Source: Hydrurus foetidus (taxonomy: Eukaryota). Taken from it: DNA of 44,068 nt. Within the stretch, counting starts at the first letter, position 1. Every line of letters starts with the position of its first letter. The translations under genes were made by a program, and so were the position numbers. Location of the stretch: contig UYFQ01000235.1 in the NCBI GenBank assembly GCA_900617105.1, positions 1-44,068 on the forward strand, written 5' to 3'. Shown here in pieces: positions 1 to 13,347 of this stretch. The notes beneath the pieces are model-generated. The model did no database searches. It was not told where the DNA came from and saw only the letters and a program-made list of their open reading frames with translations.

Positions 1-2416
1 CGGCCACACCCCAACATTCCAGCAATGTTTGAACGCATTGGCGCTCGTCAACCTGACATCTTTGGAGTTATGGACTTAACGTCCGGCTACCATCAAGCAC
101 CCCTTACAGCATCAGCCAAAATCCTGACTGCATTCATATGCTTCTCTGGAATTTATCAATTCACTCGATTGCCTTTCGGCCTCAAACGTGCCCCATCATA
201 CTTCCAGGAGATGATGGCCACGGTTGTCCTTGCGGGCCTTTTTATATGTAACATGTGAGATGTATCTCGATGATTGCATTGTATTTGGTAATGGGCCTGA
301 CGAGTTTCTGCAGAGACTTCGTGATGTCTTCATCCGTTTTCGAGAAAAGAATTTATTCTTGAAAGCTAAGAAGTGTAAGTTCGGAGTTACACGCCTCGAA
401 TACGTCGGACGTGTGATCTCCAAAGAGGGGTTATCTATGTCGGCTGAGAAAATAAAATCTGTTTTAGATTTTCCTCGCGCCCTAAAACCGTTACTGCCCT
501 TAGGGGATTTCTCGGTTTGGCGAACTATTTTAGAGGTTTCGTACCAAACCACTCCAACATAGTAGCACCGTTACATAAAATGACGGTGTCTACAACTCAT
601 AAACATTCCAGAGTAACTTGGAATGCTGAAACCATTAAAGCGTTTCAAGACATTAGGCAGGCAATCTCTCAATGCCCCCTGATGCACTTCATTGATAATG
701 TATCACCAATACATTTATACACCGACGCATCGGATTATGGTGTAGGTGGTGTATTGTTCCAAAAAGTTGGAGATGAAATGAAACCCATTTCATTTGTGAG
801 TAAGTCACTCACCTTCTCACAGTTGAACTGGTCAACAATCCAGAAAGAAGCTTATGCTATCTACTTGTGTTGTACAAAACTTGATCCACTATTACGTGAT
901 CGCAAGTTTACGATTCACACAGATCATAAAAATCTGACGTACATGAAATCCTCCCCTAACTCGATGGTAGGGAGATGGTCCATGGCTCTACAAGAGCTCG
1001 ATTACACAATCGCATACGTGCGAGGGTCTGAGAACACGGTAGCGGACGCTATGTCTCGCCTCTGTGCTAATCTCTCCGACCTTGTCATCAAGGTTCAACC
1101 AGCCACCACTGGCACAGAACCGGATAACTTGCCGGGCCCGTTTTGCGGCGCCCTCAAGGTCATACCAGAAATGACTGATACGCAGCGCGACGCACTCCAC
1201 ATGTGCCACAACAAGTTTGTCGGACACGGAGGCGTTAAACGCACCGTAGAAAAGCTGAAAAGCTTACCCATGGAGTGGGAACACATGGTTCAGCACACTC
1301 ACTTGTTTATACAACAATGTGCGTGCTGCCAGAAGATGAACGCTACACGCGTACCGATACGTGTACACAAATACGTTACGTCTGCGTACAAACCTTCCCT
1401 CACACGTTCTTGTCGTCATCTGTGCTTTCACACGGTGGACAGAACTCTTTTGGTGTGCGGATAATACGGCCAAATCGGCTACCGATCGCCTTCTCCAACA
1501 CTTTGGAAGATACGGTGCACCCCAAATGATCAGATCTGATCGGGGTTCACATTTTGCTAATGAATTGATCAAACAATTCCTAATGTCAACGGGTACACCC
1601 CACAACCTGACACTAGCATACTCTAAACAAGAGAATGCCATAGTTGAACGAGTTAATAAAGAAATTAACCGGTACTTACGTTCGTTCCTGTATGATACAA
1701 ACGACGTGTACCAGTACAAAAACTGCTTACCGTTTATACAACGCATTTTGAATTCTTCAATTCACAGCAGTACCAATGCCTCCCCAGCAAGTTTATTGTT
1801 TGGTAACCAAATCAATCTTGATTCTGGCATACTTTCACCATTCCCACAATTACCGGAAGTGGAAACTTCCGCATCGAAAGTGGTCTGTGAGATGTATCAC
1901 ATCCAGGACACCCTGATTGCCCAAGCACAAACTGCTTTGCGCACAATGGACGCGGCGCATGTTGCCACAAGTCCACAGGATATAACGGTTTTTCCCGTCG
2001 GTTCATATGTGTTGGCTAGATACACCACACAACCGCCCACACGTTTACATACGTTGTGGCGGGGACCGTTCCAAGTGATATCGATTCACAACTCGGATTA
2101 TACATTGTTAGATATAACTACGAAGAAACATAAACATCTTCATATTAGTAATCTTAAACAATTTGTTTTCAATCCAAAACATACGGATCCTGCTGATGTA
2201 GCACGCCGCGATTATATGGAATTCTTTATCGATTCCATTCTTCAGCATCAAGGCAATTCCAGACGCAAAACCCAAATGCGGTTTTTAGTCAAATGGACTG
2301 ACTTTGATGACTCACACAATACGTGGGAGTCGTGGAAGAATCTTCGTCTTACAGACGCTCTTCACACATATTTACGCCTTCACGGCATGTCGAAAATAAT
2401 TCCGACAGAAAAGTAA
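1..2416 (+). pseudogene. pol: Gypsy pol fragment (RT, RNase H, integrase, chromodomain) broken by several frameshifts
   Basis: ORF pieces 25-258 (DLTSGYHQ, LPFGL), 224-562 (YLDD), 517-1464 (TDASDYG, QKEAYA, TDHKNL, ADAMSR, H..GHGG..CACC), 1361-2416 (SDRG, VERVN, WRGPF, chromodomain FLVKWTDF..NTWE). Confidence 0.93.
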
Positions 2417-2718
2417 GTTCCCAAGGAACGACCTACACATTATCTTTTGAAGATTCCTCCTCATTTTTACAACTTTAAGTTGCTTTTCAGGAGGTTTAGT
2501 CAGTAAAAATCTGACATAAATGTGTAGGGGAACACTTAGATACAACACATCTAGGCACTCTCGTTTCTCACTTCCCCATCTCTCACATGTACAAATATCT
2601 GTATATTCGTGTATTTACTGAATTGATTTTATTTTTATTTTATTACATCTTTTTCTGCATTTTGCTTTCAAGCAGCGTATGTGTAACACATTGTCGAACA
2701 CCCAATAAGAGGAGGCAC

Positions 2719-2935
2719 TGTGACCCGCACACCCGTACGGGCTGTACGGGTACAGGCGTACGTTCGGACCGGATCGAGGACGATCCGATCCATCCGATTC
2801 ATTGCCATGATACCTGCTGTGTTTACCTGTAAGCTAACCACATTGTTTCCATAGCAATAGCTCTCCCAGCTTCCTTTCCCTTGCTCCCGCTCCCAGCCGT
2901 CCCGCTCCCAGTGCCCAGATCCTGGCAAGGCCACA
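2719..2935 (+). repeat. LTR (217 bp) serving as 3' LTR of Gypsy A and 5' LTR of Gypsy B
   Basis: TGTGACC...GGCCACA termini; direct repeat of 9813-10029 with 3 substitutions counted by eye. Confidence 0.95.
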
Positions 2936-3487
2936 ATACCGGTATTTGGAACCAGCTAGTGATCTCTAAGATCCAAGTTGACCAAACGTCCCAACAAAAA
3001 ATCCCGCAACGACCGTAAAACAGTCTGAGCAACAAGTTGAGTAACTCTCCAAGAGTGAAAACCACCCAAAACGATACTACAAAGGTCTCGTCAACGCGAC
3101 AGCCTCTGAATCGTAGTCGTTCGCGACCTCAAATATTGGCGATTTATTCCCAAAATATCGTGCAGCTCTTCTACGCGAAGGCTTACGAAGGAAAGGAACT
3201 TGCAAGCAAGTAACACCTCCCAAACTCGTTCACGAACGAAATCCAACGCGCCCACGCCCAGCTTCGTTCCTTACGAAGCCGCCGCCCACGTCCAAATTTT
3301 GTTGCGATTTCCTCCCGAAATCGCACCAAACCATTCCAATCCCCCTGACTTCTACTACCACATCCTTAACCTACTAGTCCTCACCCTCGAACAACCTACT
3401 CCTCTTTTCCCTGAATCACCGCGTCCGAGTTCCGTCGCTGTCCAAGACGCAGAGTTCCAGTGAGATTTCCCACGCCAAGTTTTCAAG

Positions 3488-6206
3488 ATGGTTAAGGCCC
3501 AAAAACCAAGAAAGAGAGCTCTAGCGAAGCTAGCTCGTCTTCCAAACGCTCCAAACCCCAAAATATCCTCTTCCTATCGGATAAAGAGAAGGCTAAACTC
3601 GAGCGTCTCGCTCGAGAAGACAATATAGCCAACTCCATGAAGACGCTGGGCAAATCGGCTATCAAAGCCTCGAGCACCCATACGCGCATATCCGATGAAT
3701 TGGCGGCAAACGAAGCACGCTTCCTGCAGCTACAACAAGAACGTGAACGCAATCGCGTGCGACTTGAAGTGCTGCAGGAACAGGCTGACAACAGATCTGA
3801 TCTCGAAGATCAAGAACTGAAAGACTTGTCAGCCTGGATGCAAGAGACAAATGACTTACACAGTCTAAACCCTCAGTCAGATGAGGATGGCTCTCCAATC
3901 CGACCCCAAACCGAAGAAGAAGAGGATATCAATCCTTCTCAAACGGAAGAGGGCGACGACAAAATCGGTACCAAAATATCTCCGAAGGAAATTCTCTCCG
4001 ACGATGATAACGTCTCGGTGTCTGACAACGCCTCGGAAGAGGCGGAAGACGAACAAACCAACGACGAGGACGAAGAGGAAGACAACAACCCCGACGATAC
4101 CAAGTCCAAATCGGACGAGGAAGATCAAAGTGAGTCGGAGGCGTCAACCCCACCGTCACCAAAACCGAAAAAGAAAAAGGCTATGCCAATCAAACCCCTT
4201 GCCAAAACAAGGGAGGCAAAACAACTCTCTGCCGTCCAATCTGAAGACAAACCCACGCGTGCCACCAGATCCAAAACGTCGAAAGCAACGGTAGCAGCTG
4301 CAAAGAAGTCAGCGACAGCTTCCACGAAAGCGGCTGCCACTTCAAACCGCAAGCGCAAAACCGAAGAGGCTGACACAGTCTTCGAACAACAACGAACACC
4401 CCAAGCACTCACAACCTCCCTCATCAACATGAAGGAAGTGTTCTATGTAACACGTGAGACATTACTGAAGGACATGGACGGCACAGCCCGAAAGTTCTAT
4501 ACACAGGCGCACCGCCCTCAGTTTAATGCACCTTGGAAGGATCTCATCGAAGACGAAGCTGTCCATGTGATCCGAGACAGTCTCCTTCAAAATCGAAAGA
4601 CTCTCGGATACACAATCAAAATGTGTCAAACCTGGCCCATCATCGACGACAAACTCCTGTCCATTCGCGACATGGCCACCGATCTCAAGAAACTATTCTT
4701 CAGTGATCGCGCCACAGAGTCTACCTATGACTTGGACCTTGCCCTGAAAAACTGGCAAATGAAGATCAAATGGCAAAACCCAAACGTAGAGTTGGCGGCA
4801 ATTGCACGACTCCGAGACATCCTCTTCGGATACTACGGCAGCTACGACAATATACCTGCAGACCGCCAACATGAGATCTGTAAGATCATCTACAAAAAGC
4901 TCCCTCTTGATAATAAGTTCACTGAAAACTTCATGAACATTACAAAGGACAAAACAAGAAACAACAAAAAGGATTCCATCCCAAACATGTTGTGCCGAAT
5001 GAATCTCTGCCTCAGTGAAGCTCGGCAAACAGTTATCAACGCGTCCAACATGGGTGGTCTTCGTTACGACTTCGAGACCAAAATCACCCCGACTCATTGT
5101 CGTCCAGCAACACAACGCAGCTCTCCGCCTCCTACCGCACGATACCCAAACGCGAATCCGACGCCTACCCAGGTCTGAGCAAAACAATCGATAATTGCCA
5201 CACCTGCGGTCGCCAAGGACACAATCGCTACGATTGTCGCAATTTCATGAATCCTCATTGCAACAACTCGTATACCACGTGGAGTCAATCCACGTTGGCA
5301 ACAGAGTTCAGGAGAATTGGCCACGACCATTTCGTCCCAAACGTCCTACTCAATGGCGAAATGACCAGGACAACCAACAATCCTGGCGCGGCAACATACG
5401 TCTACCCAACAGACGACGTCGAAAATGACATGGGTCCCGCTGCAAAAGACGACCCTCGCAAGTCCAACAACAACAACAACAACAACAAGGCCAAAGCCAA
5501 CAACAACAACAACAATCGCAACAACGACCGGTCCAACCGCGACAACGACCGCAAAGACAATCGCGACACCGATCGCAACGAAAACCGCGATACTCGCGAC
5601 ATCAAAGACCGCGGGTACAAAGGAAAACGTGAGTCCAAAATTCCGTATGCGGAAAATATCTCAGAAAATCGTATTTTGCCAAACATGCAAATGCTTTTAT
5701 CAACAATCATACCTAACGAGATTGATGATTACTTACAAGTAACAATATATCTTCCTCAGACCCAATCCCCGGCTACCGCTTTGGCGACCGAGTTGACAGC
5801 CGCGACCGCGACTCCAACCGCAAAGACGACTCGCGCCAAGCGGAAAAGGACAAAGACAAAGATCGCCGCGATCGAGACCGGTCCCCACCCAAATCCTCCT
5901 CCAGCTATGGACCAAAATAACGGCATGGCCGCCTTAGCCCAAATCGACACCGGATGTCAAGTTGGGGACGTAATCAATCGTAGAGTCCTTCGGGGCCTAC
6001 GTGGTGAACCCCAACTCCGCACCACCGACTCTCCCATATGGATGTGTTCGGGTCTAAATAATCAATGTATTGAATCCACTGCTGTCCTTGATATTGTTGT
6101 ATCATTTAACAAAAACGGTTTAAAATACACTTTTTCTCTTCCGGTGCGAATTGCAGAAGATTCCAAAGTCGACCTAATCTTAGGATTAGAGACCATAAAA
6201 AACTAA
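3488..6206 (+). pseudogene. gag: Gypsy B gag (long acidic/basic N-terminus, CCHC zinc knuckle, poly-Asn) plus aspartic protease; frameshifted
   Basis: ORFs 3637-5178 and 5097-6206; knuckle CHTCGRQGHNRYDC; protease motifs QIDTG and DLILG; the upstream ATG at 3488 is inferred as the start, across a frameshift. Confidence 0.8.
5466..5526 (+). repeat. (AAC)n microsatellite encoding poly-Asn in gag
   Basis: Two runs of AAC repeats visible in the sequence. Confidence 0.9.
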
Positions 6207-6208
6207 AT

Positions 6209-9200
6209 TTGGTTAAAATCATTCCGGAATTCTTCCAATCTCCGGAAAATATCCAAAATGAAAAAATTCACTCATTACAAAAACTGAATCAATCCACAAA
6301 CATGGTATTAAACCACGTGGACGTTCCACTCATGCTAGAAGCAGAGTCGGACACAGTTACGAGTATTACAAGTCCAACCTTACCTCCGGTTATAACTAGC
6401 CGAGAGGGGATAAAACCCTCAGACACAGACAGTCGATGGCAAGACGACCTGGTGGCTCGAGGTGCTTGTACAAGCAAGACATGCACTCCTTCATGTGGGT
6501 GTCCCACTAGCTTAGCTGCGGCAGCGGCTAGGCTAGATTCTGATGAGTTCATTTTGCACTCTACGGTCGAGGCAGCAGTTTTGTTGTCACCTCCCCGACA
6601 AAATGATTTAGGTGTAACAACCGACAGGAGTCCGGAATTAGCTACTCCTACTCCCTCATCCAAGGCACCAGCCCAAACACGTGGTTTAGTTGCTGCTCTA
6701 CTCCGGGAGCGTGAAGAACTCCCAGAGGTTCAACCCTTCGGACCCGAAGAGATTGACTACAAGTCGAAGGATACCTTCGCTCCTTTCCAAGACAATCCAA
6801 CAGAGGACAAAATGTACCTCATCGATCTCATACAAATCGATGGTACCCCTGAACAACAAGCAAAAATTAGAGCAATTTGTGTCAAACACATAAAGCTATT
6901 CAACAACAAACTCGGACCAGAGCCCGCGCGAATTCCCCCTTTGGACTACCCGTACGGGATCCAGAGTGGAAAGTTTTCAAAAACCGCGTAGCACCACGAC
7001 CAACGTCTACACGAAAACAAGTCGAAATCCGAAAACAAGTTGAAACTATGCTTGAACAGGGTATAATAGTCAAATCAGAGGCATCATACTATTCGCAAGT
7101 AACACTCGCGGCAAAGCCAGACGGTTCATACCGATTCTGTATTGACTATCGTCACCTCAACGACGCAACGGAATCAGCAAGCTGGCCAATCCCTAATATT
7201 AAACAAATGTTAGCAAGATTAGGTTCACAAAAAGCAGACACATTCGGTGTAATAGACCTCACAGCAGGATATCACCAAGCACCGTTAACTCTAAGTACAC
7301 GTGTGTATACAGCTTTCATAACATTTATGGGCATCTACCACTTTACCCGACTACCTTTCGGACCCAAAAGAGCCCCCTCATATTTCCAAGAAATGATGGC
7401 CTCAATAGTCCTTTTAGGACTAATATACCAAATCTGTGAAGTATACCTCGACGACATCATCGTTTATGGTAATGGATTTGATCAATTCTGCGAGCGATTA
7501 GAAATCCTTTTTCAACGCCTAGAAAACAAAAACATTTCACTAAAAGCCGCAAAGCTAAAGCTAAATGTGCGAATAGTTGAATATGTCGGTAGACAAATAT
7601 CTAAAGAAGGTATAACTATGAGTTCCAAAAAATAAGAGGTGTGACCGACTTTCCTATGCCACGAAAGACGACTGAACTTAGATCGTTCCTCGGACTCACC
7701 AATTATTTTCGGGATCATGTACCAAATCACTCCAACGTGGTAGCACCACTGCACAAAATTATAGATCACGCCGCGAAAAAGCAATCAATGCTAATCTGGA
7801 CAGATGACGCCGCAAATTCTTTTCAAAAGATAAAAGATCTAATTGCAAAGAGTCCTTTATTATATTTCATACACGATACAGCGCCCATTACCCTCATGAC
7901 CGATGCGTCAGATTACGGGATCGGCGGCTATTTGTATCAAGAAGTCGACGGAGAAAAACAACTCGTCGCTCTCGTAAGCAAGTCTCTTACCAAGACTCAA
8001 CTGAAATGGTCAGTAATACAAAAAGAAGCCTTCGCGCTATATTATTGCTGTACTTATCTCGACGCACTGCTGCGAGACCGTAAATTCACAATCCTAACAG
8101 ACCACAAAAATCTTACGTTCCTAGAAAAGGATAAAAACGAGATGGTCGGCAGATGGCGTATGGCCCTGCAGGAACTAGAATATACGATAGGGTACATCCC
8201 GGGAAAACAAAATGAAATTGCTGACGCAATGTCTCGCCTATGTAAAAACAGAATGCCTCCTAAAACAGGAATAATAGCAGCAATTCTGACACACAAACCA
8301 ATAACGACAGAGCAATATAACCTAATTGCAACGTGCCACAACACAATAGTCGGACATGGTGGTGTACAACGCACACTGCGTAATTTAAAGAAAACAAATA
8401 ACATATGGCTGGGAATGCGTGACGCAGTAAAAACATTCATTAAAAATTGTCCGTGTTGCCAAAAGATGTCGGCAATGAAATATCCCATCAACGCATACCG
8501 GTACACAACCTCAACATACAAACCAATGGAATGCCTTAACATAGACTTCATTGGTCCATTTCCCGATAAAGGATATATCCTTGTTATGATCGACACCTTC
8601 TCAAGGTTTGTCGAACTCTACGCAACACCTGATGCAACAGCCAAATCAGCGTGCACAGCACTTGTAGAACACGTGGGACGCTACGGCTCACCATGTATAC
8701 TTCGATCAGATAATGGACCCCACTTCGCAAGCCACATCATAGATGAGTTTGTGAAGATTGTTGGAACAACACACAACAAAATATTACCATACTGTTCAGA
8801 AGAAAACGCTATCGTCGAGCGAATCAACAAAGAAATCAATCGCCATATAACCGCGTACGCATACGAACGCGCAACTACGGAAAACTACGCGGAAATATTA
8901 CCGTTTGTACAAAGAATACTAAATTCAACCGTAAATGACCGGATGAAAGTGTCTCCAGCACAACTCATCTATGGCAACGCGATCGACCTCGACGCAAACA
9001 TCCTCCTTCCGAGAGATGAAATTGATTTAGATTTCGACTCACTCACACGGTCAACTGATAAAATGTTAACGTTGCAAGATGAACTCATCGAAATCACCGC
9101 ACGTCTACTCAAAGAATCCGACGACTTGCACAATGCACAACAACTTCCCAACGTCACACAGTTCGGAGTCGACACATTTGTACTTGTCCAACAAAGAACA

Positions 9201-9602
9201 TCACCAGAAACGCGCATGCACACACTGTGGCGCGGCCCAATGCGAGTTGTCAGCCACAACTTCGCAGAGTATACATTACTCGATCTGGTAACACACAAAG
9301 AAAAGTTGTACCACATGACCCAACTAAAACCGTTTCACTTTGATCCTACGCATGTCGATCCAACTGACATTGCTCGTAGAGATTATCTAGAATTCTTCAT
9401 AGAGGAAATCCTAGAAATGAAAGGAAACATAAGAGCATACAAATCACTCACATTTCATGTGAAATGGCTCAACTACACCCATGAACACAACACATGGGAA
9501 CCGTGGACACACATGCGTAAAGCGCAAAAAGTACATGAGTTCTTAATCAAAAAGAACCTCAAACACTTAATACCACGCGAATTCATCGCAAACTACCGTT
9601 AA
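6209..9602 (+). pseudogene. pol: Gypsy B pol (linker, RT, RNase H, integrase, chromodomain), frameshifted
   Basis: ORFs 6209-6991, 6877-7635 (RFCIDYR, DLTAGYHQ, YLDD), 7641-9602 (TDASDYG, IDFIGP, SDNG, VERIN, WRGP, FHVKWLNY..NTWEP). Confidence 0.95.
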
Positions 9603-9812
9603 CCGGTAAAAATAAAAATAAAAATTGATTAACTAAATCATAAAGATTCCTCCTAAATTGGATCCTCAGGGATTTTAAGGAGGTTTATTCAGTAAGGAAC
9701 TTTCAGTTCTTAGTCTGAAATAGTTATTCAATAAGTTAGTTACTTACTCATAGTTAGTATTTTGATGATGAATTTTGTCATTTAGTACACCCCTTTAGAG
9801 AGAGAGGGGCAC

Positions 9813-10029
9813 TGTGACCCGCACACCCGTACGGGCTGTACGGGTACAGGCGTACGTTCGGACCGGATCGAGGACGATCCGATCCATCCGATTCATTGCC
9901 ATGATACCTGCTGTGTTTACCTGTAAGCTAACCACATTGTTTCCATAGCAATAGCTCTCCCAGCTTCTTTTCCCTCGCTCCCGCTTCCAGCCGTCCCGCT
10001 CCCAGTGCCCAGATCCTGGCAAGGCCACA
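9813..10029 (+). repeat. 3' LTR of Gypsy B (217 bp)
   Basis: Direct repeat of 2719-2935, preceded by PPT plus CAC. Confidence 0.95.
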
Positions 10030-10270
10030 GAGAGATGAGAAAACGAGAGATAAGTAGGGGTAGTGTGGCTCCCTCAGGGTCTGCTACCCCATTCAGCCGA
10101 TTAGATGCTGTTTCCACCTTAGTACCTTCGTGTTCACAGCCACGACTATCAGTCACTAGCTAGTTTGTGCTGCTTTGCAGAAGTTACTAGCGTACCTTCT
10201 GTTTGCATCTCTAACTAACAAGCTCCTTTTAGCCTTTAGACCTCCCTTCTCTTTGCCTTCCAAGGTCACA
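10030..10270 (+). mobile_element. 3' end of another Gypsy-like element D: PPT region (10030-10063) and LTR (10064-10270, 207 bp)
   Basis: Purine-rich GAGAGATAAGTAGGGGTAG resembles the Gypsy C PPT (GAGTAAGTGGGGGTAA). TGTGGC...GTCACA termini; the end CAAGGTCACA resembles LTR B CAAGGCCACA. It truncates the Copia G RT exactly at 10270/10271. The partner LTR is not in the window. Confidence 0.7.
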
Positions 10271-13200
10271 GTAGTGAGTTAGAGGTATCCGGTTTAATCG
10301 TAAATAAATCCGGCTTGGCCGGTGTAGGTGCCACCCCTAAAATCTCTTTGCAGTCTTCTAGCAGCTCTTTGATAAATCCTTCCATGGTTATCTTCACTTG
10401 TCCCGCTGTCTCGAAGTTAAAAGTCATACCTATATAATTAAGTATTTTTCCTCGATGTTTTGTTAGTCCGGGATATAGTATTTCAATTTCATCGATCACC
10501 ATATCAACATATCTGTCACTGCAACATGATATCATGATATCATCAACGTGAATTATCAGTGTGGTTTGTGATTTGTTATTTTCGGTTCGATTGAATACAC
10601 ACATGTCATATGCATTAGCAGTATACCCTAACACGGACAAGTCATGTGAAATTTTATCGTACCACAATTTTGCAGATTCAACACACCCATACAATGCTTT
10701 TTTCAATTTAACAATGCATGTGCCCTTATCATTAACATATTTCATATATGATTTATCAATGGACGTCAAAACTCCAGTCAAATATTTATTCAATCTCATA
10801 AACACAGTGTGACTACCCTCTAGTGGCATATCGCTATTTAAAAATGCTCCTGGAAAATCTATCGTAGCTAATGATCTATTCTCTTTCGCAGCAATTGAAG
10901 CAATTATAAACACACTAGTGGTACTAACCGTAGGTGATGAGCCATTATCGTAAATATCTCTATCCTGTAAATGACCTCCTGCAACTAATCTCGATTTTAA
11001 CTTATCGAATTTACCTTCTGCAGTATATTTATCTTTTAAAAACATACTACTGGTTATGGTGTTGTTACGTTGTAATGGTGTTAGTGAGTTGATCAACACT
11101 CCTTCTCACACATCTTTCTCACACATCTGTTGCATTTCTTTTCTAATGGAATCGATAGCTATATCACCTAACTTATCGATACCGTCTTTAACAGTCATGT
11201 TAAAAGCATATGAACAATCAAGGCGATGCAACACTTCAGGTATGCAGCATCCTATGTTCCTATTTCCTCTGTTGGATGCCCATCTACCTGGCTGGTGATT
11301 TCTAGCACTACGTCTCAAAGCAGGCTGTTCTATCTCAGGTAGTTCATATGTAAGTACGTCATCTACTGTGTACGTATCTTCTATGGCATCAACAATTTCA
11401 TCATATGTAAGTACATCGTCATCAACGTACGTGCTGTTTACATCGGGTGCATCATATTCCATCGCAACATCGTCATGTTCAACAGATTCAAAATCAGCAT
11501 CATCAGTATCTAGCTGCACTGCATAATCATCCATCATGGCATCATTATCAGGCATATCATTAATATTATTTTCATCAGTCACCATTTGCACATCAGGTGG
11601 TTGAGGCAACTCAAACGGTTCAGCATCATATGAATCATCATACATTTCATCTGAATGTGGTGTGGCTGAATTACTAAATCTTCTCATATTATTATTATAG
11701 ATTTTCTCATCATCATAATCTAGTCCATCATCCACTATCAAACGCCTATTCTGTTCAAACACAGGTTGGTTAGTGTTATTACCCTTATTAATGTTTCTCT
11801 TATCAGATAATCCATTAAGGTAAGTAATCACTTCATCAGGCATAGGTAGTGATGTGGCTTTAGTGCGTTTAACTATCTGTTCATTACTGAGTAACATGTA
11901 ATACCAAGATCCTTCTAGATTGCCTGCACTCATTAGAGCGATAGCACCTGAAGTTCTGGCTTTATTACTATTATCAATATTGTCAGAATGCACTTGTACA
12001 TAGTCACTAAAACCATGTTTCAGTTCTTTATCTACATTTATCTTCCTGCCGTATAGTTTCTCTCTGGGGCTGACGTAGTCTACAGTGTTCCTTGTCGGAA
12101 CCAACACTATACGGTTTACAGCGTATCTAACTAACCATCCTTCTAACTTCTCGGTTAATCTAAATGGTAGTGTATTGATTACTGCTCTAACTCTTTCTTT
12201 AATCTGTCTGATCTTACGCTCAACTACTGTAACTGCCTCTCCTGCACCTGTCGTGTCTAATGCAGTACCTATTGTAGCTAACTTAGTCTCAAACCATACT
12301 GAATTGATCAACTCTGACTAAATTTAAACTGAAACCATACTTAGTTATATGTCTAATATCACTCTCTAAGCTAGTCCAAAGCGTAAGATTGGCTCTGTTG
12401 TTTAACTTATTTACCATGGTATATTCTAATGGCTTAACAACGGCAATTAAAAATGGATTGCCGTTAACAAACATAATGTCTATATACATGATTTGATCTC
12501 TTTGCTGCATATTATCTAACAGTGGTTGCTCCTCTTCAACCTGTGCCTGATGGCTTGGCGTTTTTCCCTTTAGGGAGCCTAAGTCAGGACCCCAGATATC
12601 CAAGGATCTAACTACATCTTGTGCTGTTATATTACTGTTGACTAGTTTACCCTGTCCTATCAGCTTAATTAACTGTCCTGGACTAGCGTATCCTAATTTC
12701 CTCTGATATTCTCTAGCTAACTCGGCTTGTTTTACCTGTGTAACTGTGTACTTCTTCATCTTATCTGTCACTGTCGTAACTAACATTAACTTAGGCTTAC
12801 TTACCATTGTGTCTAAATTACATATTTATATGTTATACTTTTCGTCTCTGTTAAAGTAGTAGCAACATCCGCCTCGTTTGATTTGCAAACAATAAAAATC
12901 GCTCCCACTACTATACTTCATAGAGTAACTATTATTTACCATATTAGCAAAAGACAAGATGTTAGCTATACAATTAGGATCATAGTATACTGATCCGAAA
13001 TCCGTCGTCCCGCGTTCTCTGATTACCATAGGCTCTCCTCTACTGTTAACTCCATTAACTACCATGGGTGTATCAGCAGGCACTATGTCATAGAACAGTG
13101 TAGCAGTTCTAAAAACAGATTCACCAGCACAAGTGTCAAGTAGCGATTGATTGTCAGCAAATACATCAGAATCATTCGTGATATCTATGCTAAATATATT

Positions 13201-13287
13201 GCTATCTACTGCTGGGGTCTCCGTCACTGGAGCTTCATCATCTATAAATTTAATATGCACATATTTAGATATTTTTATCAACGACAC
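10271..13287 (-). pseudogene. pol: Copia G pol: protease, integrase, truncated RT
   Basis: 12826-13287 LLDTCAG and NILS (protease); 12289-12807 KLGYAS and DIMFV, 11106-12311 VERKIRQIKERVR (integrase); 10266-11099 KSRLVAGG, DFPGAFL, KALYG, HVDD (RT). Confidence 0.9.
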
Positions 13288-13347
13288 TAGTCACATCATT
13301 GTTCACATCACTAGCTATAAAATCATGTAAAGAATCATGTATGCGAC

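Larger units (their letters stand above)
1..2935 (+). mobile_element. Ty3/Gypsy LTR retrotransposon A (chromovirus-like), 3' part; 5' end lies outside the window
   Basis: Domain order RT-RNase H-integrase-chromodomain over 1-2416, purine tract AAGAGGAGG at 2707-2715, then a TG...CA LTR at 2719-2935. Confidence 0.93.
2719..10029 (+). mobile_element. Ty3/Gypsy LTR retrotransposon B, full length (chromovirus-like)
   Basis: Paired 217-bp LTRs, gag-PR-RT-RH-INT-chromodomain order, PPT AGAGAGAGAGGGG at 9797-9809; the flanks (GGCAC / GAGAG) do not form a TSD. Confidence 0.95.

Noticed and set aside
2714..2718. Gypsy B as a simple insertion into Gypsy A's 3' UTR
   Set aside because: Left flank GGCAC and right flank GAGAG are not a TSD, and the left flank mirrors B's own PPT-CAC linker
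2587..3561. Short ORFs across LTRs and leaders, and the many antisense ORFs over pol genes, as real genes
   Set aside because: They show no recognisable motifs and are explained as shadow frames of TE coding or repeat sequence
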